64,000 nucleotides of DNA, taken from assembly GCA_016187745.1 (NCBI GenBank), contig JACPJC010000006.1, positions 1-64,000 of the forward strand, in the 5' to 3' direction. The stretch's first letter is position 1, and each line of letters starts with the position of its first letter. A program made the position numbers and the translations under genes. The stretch comes from Candidatus Iainarchaeum sp. (GTDB lineage Archaea > Iainarchaeota > Iainarchaeia > Iainarchaeales > JAXPJC01). The notes below the pieces were generated by a model, which saw only the letters and a program-made list of their open reading frames with translations, was not told the DNA's origin and did not search any database. Below are positions 60,913 through 64,000 of this stretch, piece after piece.

Positions 60913-61731
60913 ATGAGCGAAGAAAAAAAGCACACTGAAAAGGCGGAAGCAGTGAAAACTCCGCAGAATGGGGATAAGCCGATTCCATCCCCGCAGAACG
61001 TTTACGGGAATGAGGAGTTCCAGATTTCAGGGAAAACGCTTGTTCCTGCCGACGTTTACCTCAAGGCGGGCGTGCACATTGGCACAAAATTCAAGTCCGG
61101 GGACATGTCGCGCTACATTTACAAGCAGAGAAGGGACGGCCTGAAGGTTATGGACATTGCGACATTTGATGAGCACCTGAGAATTGCTGCTAATTTCATC
61201 GCGCAGTTTGCCCCTGAAAGGGTTGCGATTGTCTCGCGCAAGCTTTACGGCCAGAAGCCAGTGCAGGAATTCGCTGAATCCATAGGCGCGCGCGCATTTG
61301 TTGCTAGGTTTGTGCCGGGAACCTTCACAAACCCCGAGGGGAAGGAGTTTGTCGAGCCGCAGCTTGTAATTGCAAATGACCCCGGGGCGGATGCGCAGGC
61401 AATATCGGAAGCAACAGTAATGAAAAGACCTGTAATCGCATTCTGCAATACCGACAGTTCGCTGAAAAATATTGACTTGGCAATCCCGATGAACAACAAG
61501 GGAAGGAAAAGCCTTGCGCTTGCGTACTGGATACTCACAAGGGAAGTCCTGCTCCTGCTCAACAAGATAAAGAGCCCTGCGGAATTCACAAAAAAGGTTG
61601 AGGATTTTGAATATGTGCTGAAGGAAGGGGCCTCTGAATCCGATGAGGGGGAAGAGGGCGGCAGGAAAAAAAGCTATGGAAGGGACAGGGAGCGCACTGA
61701 AAGAAGGGGATTCAGAAGGCGCGAATACTGA
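60913..61731 (+). CDS. rps2: 30S ribosomal protein S2
   Basis: YL.AGVHIG, RF.PGT.TNP, IP.NNKGR.SL. Confidence 0.96.
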   Translation: MSEEKKHTEKAEAVKTPQNGDKPIPSPQNVYGNEEFQISGKTLVPADVYLKAGVHIGTKFKSGDMSRYIYKQRRDGLKVMDIATFDEHLRIAANFIAQFAPERVAIVSRKLYGQKPVQEFAESIGARAFVARFVPGTFTNPEGKEFVEPQLVIANDPGADAQAISEATVMKRPVIAFCNTDSSLKNIDLAIPMNNKGRKSLALAYWILTREVLLLLNKIKSPAEFTKKVEDFEYVLKEGASESDEGEEGGRKKSYGRDRERTERRGFRRREY

Positions 61732-61750
61732 TTCTCCAGAATGAAAAAAC

Positions 61751-62563
61751 ATGGATTCAAGGAAGTGCGCGGTCTCGGGCTCTTTTTACCCTTCAAACGC
61801 TGAAGAATTGAAATACGCTGTTTCTGGATTTTTCGCAAATGTTAAGCTGATGCATAAGAACAAAACTTCCGTAATTGTCGCTCCGCACGCGGGATACGGA
61901 TATTCGGGGCAAACGGCGGCATACGCCTACTCTGTTTTGAATTCCGCTGAAACATTTGTAATCCTTTGCCCTAATCACACAGGGCTGGGAAGCGCGGTTT
62001 CAATCTCCTCAAGTGCGCAATGGGAAACCCCTCTGGGAAATCTGCAGGTTGATGCGCAATTTGCTGATGCGCTTGCTGATGCTCTCAGAATTGAACGTGA
62101 TGATTTAGCGCATTTGCAAGAGCATGCAATTGAAGTGCAGCTCCCCTTCATAATCCGCAAATTCGGGAACAAAGTGAAAATCGTTCCGATTTGTTTAGCA
62201 ATTGATGATTTTAATTCCTTAATAAAAGTTGGGCAGGCGATAAGTGAAATTCAGGCTAAAACAAAAACAAAAATCTGCGTCATTGCAAGCTCTGATTTCT
62301 CGCATTTCATCCCTTTGGAAAGCGCGAAGGAGAAGGATTCTGAGGCGATAGAAGAAATCAAAAAACTGGATGTCTCCGCTTTCTACAAATTGGTGCATTC
62401 CAGGCGCCTAAGCATCTGCGGATACGGGGCGATAATTGCGGCAGTTAAGTATGCGAAGGAAAAGGGGATGGAGCGCGCTGAGTTCCTGCGTTACTCAACA
62501 AGCGCCGATGCAACGCGCGACAGGAGCAGTGTTGTGGGCTATGCCGCATTGGCATTTTACTAG
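61751..62563 (+). CDS. MEMO1 family protein (AmmeMemoRadiSam system protein B)
   Basis: G.FYP, PHAGY.YSG, PNH, EH..EVQLPF, SSDFSH, CG.G, VGYA. Confidence 0.92.
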   Translation: MDSRKCAVSGSFYPSNAEELKYAVSGFFANVKLMHKNKTSVIVAPHAGYGYSGQTAAYAYSVLNSAETFVILCPNHTGLGSAVSISSSAQWETPLGNLQVDAQFADALADALRIERDDLAHLQEHAIEVQLPFIIRKFGNKVKIVPICLAIDDFNSLIKVGQAISEIQAKTKTKICVIASSDFSHFIPLESAKEKDSEAIEEIKKLDVSAFYKLVHSRRLSICGYGAIIAAVKYAKEKGMERAEFLRYSTSADATRDRSSVVGYAALAFY

Positions 62564-62598
62564 TTAGATTTAAATTGAACATGAACGTTAGATTATCT

Positions 62599-63228
62599 AT
62601 GAAACTGAACTTTAAGGATCCAACAGTCATTTCCCTTGTTCTGGCAAACCTGATTACAATTGTCATAGCGGTCTGGTTCAGCTGGAACCTGCTTGATTTG
62701 CTCTGGGTTTACTGGTGGCAGAGTATAATAATCGGGTTTTTCACCTTTTTTAAAATATTGTCGCTTAAGGATTTTTCTACAAAGAACTTTACCATACACG
62801 TTAGTGGCATAATTGCTGGCACAACCAAAGGGCAGCCAAAGCCGGTAAAAGTTGGCAAGGAGGGTGCTGCCCTCTTTTTCGCATTCCACTACGGCTTTTT
62901 TCATTTGGGGTATGCTGTTTTTTTGATGACTCTGCCATTCGGAACTTCCGCTAATTTCGGATATGTGGCGCTTGCTGCAGCAGCCTTTTTAATAAATCAT
63001 CTTTTTTCCTTTTTGTATTACAGGGGCCGGCAAAAGAAAAAGCAGAACCTTGGGGCAATAATGCTTTCCCCCTACAAGAGGATAGTTCCCATGCACTTCA
63101 CAATGATTGCAGGCGGGTTTTTAGCAGCCGGCGCCATATTGCTTGTTATATTCCTCCTTCTTAAAACAGCCGTTGATGTCATAATGCACGCTATAGAGCA
63201 CGAGGGGCGGCAGCCGGATAAGCTGTAA
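62599..63228 (+). CDS. DUF6498-like membrane protein
   Basis: L.AN, W......YW....IIG, FF..HYG.F, PY.R..PMH, LK...D...H. Confidence 0.75.
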   Translation: MKLNFKDPTVISLVLANLITIVIAVWFSWNLLDLLWVYWWQSIIIGFFTFFKILSLKDFSTKNFTIHVSGIIAGTTKGQPKPVKVGKEGAALFFAFHYGFFHLGYAVFLMTLPFGTSANFGYVALAAAAFLINHLFSFLYYRGRQKKKQNLGAIMLSPYKRIVPMHFTMIAGGFLAAGAILLVIFLLLKTAVDVIMHAIEHEGRQPDKL

Positions 63229-63345
63229 TTTTCTGTCAAGCCGCCCGTTATCTCTTTTTGGCTAAAAACGAAAAAAGCAAAACAGCGCTGTTTAAATACT
63301 TCAGAGTCTTGTTATAGTTAAATTCAACGCAAAGGAGGTGCACAA

Positions 63346-63819
63346 ATGGCTGATATCGGGAAGTTGTTGAGCGCAACAAAATTGCAGCTTGCAATAGTGA
63401 TTGTGCTGGGAATAATCTCAGCGGCAATAACCTACATGGCATATTCGGGGATTAGCACTGTGGAAGATATGCTCGCGCTTGCGGCAAGCCCAGTAATGCT
63501 GGTTTCAAGCGTTTTGGGGCTGGTCGGCCTTATGGTAATAATATGGGCAGGCTATGTCGCGGCAAAGGCAGTCAGGGGCGGAGCTGTTGATGGCGGGCTT
63601 GCAGGGGCATTGATCGGAGTCATTTCAGGCGTAATCGGCGGAATAATAAGCCTTGCAACAATAATGCCGTTAATGGCAAAGCTGTATGCTGCGGTTCCCA
63701 TGATGTCCGGCGCATTAGCGGGCGCTGGTGCAGTTAGCCTTGTAATCGGCGTAATAGTCGCTGCAATAATCGGCTTCATTCTGGGGGCAATAGGCGGATT
63801 CATCGGAAGGAAAAAATAG
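63346..63819 (+). CDS. Gly/Ala-rich integral membrane protein (DUF5518-like)
   Basis: Four hydrophobic helices, GxxxG repeats, ends GAIGGFIG; GGAGGTG RBS. Confidence 0.65.
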   Translation: MADIGKLLSATKLQLAIVIVLGIISAAITYMAYSGISTVEDMLALAASPVMLVSSVLGLVGLMVIIWAGYVAAKAVRGGAVDGGLAGALIGVISGVIGGIISLATIMPLMAKLYAAVPMMSGALAGAGAVSLVIGVIVAAIIGFILGAIGGFIGRKK

Positions 63820-64000
63820 GCGGGCTTTCAATCCGCTTTTCCTTCTTTTTCTTGTTTTTTTGCTGTTTGCCTATGGGCAGAAAGCCTACCAAAAGCCTTT
63901 TATTCACTGAAAGCAGTAAATATTATATATACTAAAGGTACTATAGTATAAGCAAGGCATTTTGGGTTAGAACATGGACTTGGAAGCTGTAAATGGGTTT

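Noticed and set aside
61751-62563. AmmeMemoRadiSam system
   Set aside because: Only the MEMO1 gene is present, in its usual position after rps2; partner genes are not in the window
63939-64000. TACTATAGTA palindrome and ORF start at 63974
   Set aside because: Truncated by the window edge; cannot be assigned

Overview
Archaeal chromosome segment, probably from a DPANN lineage. Ca. Iainarchaeota/Diapherotrites-like is my inference from the divergent core proteins, compact operons and surface-protein style; it is not tested phylogenetically. 1-16.7 kb is a mixed accessory region: DUF116, a Tes/MJ0619-type tetraether lipid synthase with a divergent GbsR-type regulator, PAP2, an AsnB-Dph6 fusion plus a second Dph6, a RelBE pair, TspO, VIT1, a thioredoxin-like lipoprotein, an acylphosphatase, four tRNAs and several basic orphan genes. 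17-30.5 kb is the rpoH-B''-B'-A'-A''-L30e-nusA-S12-S7-EF2-EF1A-S10 cluster. 30.5-41.2 kb holds archease, RpiB, two surface proteins, a membrane HTH regulator, RtcB and a second RelBE pair. 41.4-61.7 kb is the large r-protein/secY/rpoD/rpoN superoperon with a two-intron tRNA-Leu. Most notable: (i) short hairpin inserts and a TA module flanked by 16-37 bp duplications of gene 3' ends, with two insert sequences recurring elsewhere in the window; (ii) extreme D-x-N enrichment in exported proteins; (iii) a two-intron tRNA-Leu(UAA) with overlapping BHB motifs; (iv) the glutamine-amidotransferase/diphthine-ammonia ligase fusion; (v) a regulated Tes locus. All counts and alignments were done by eye; no database searches were run.
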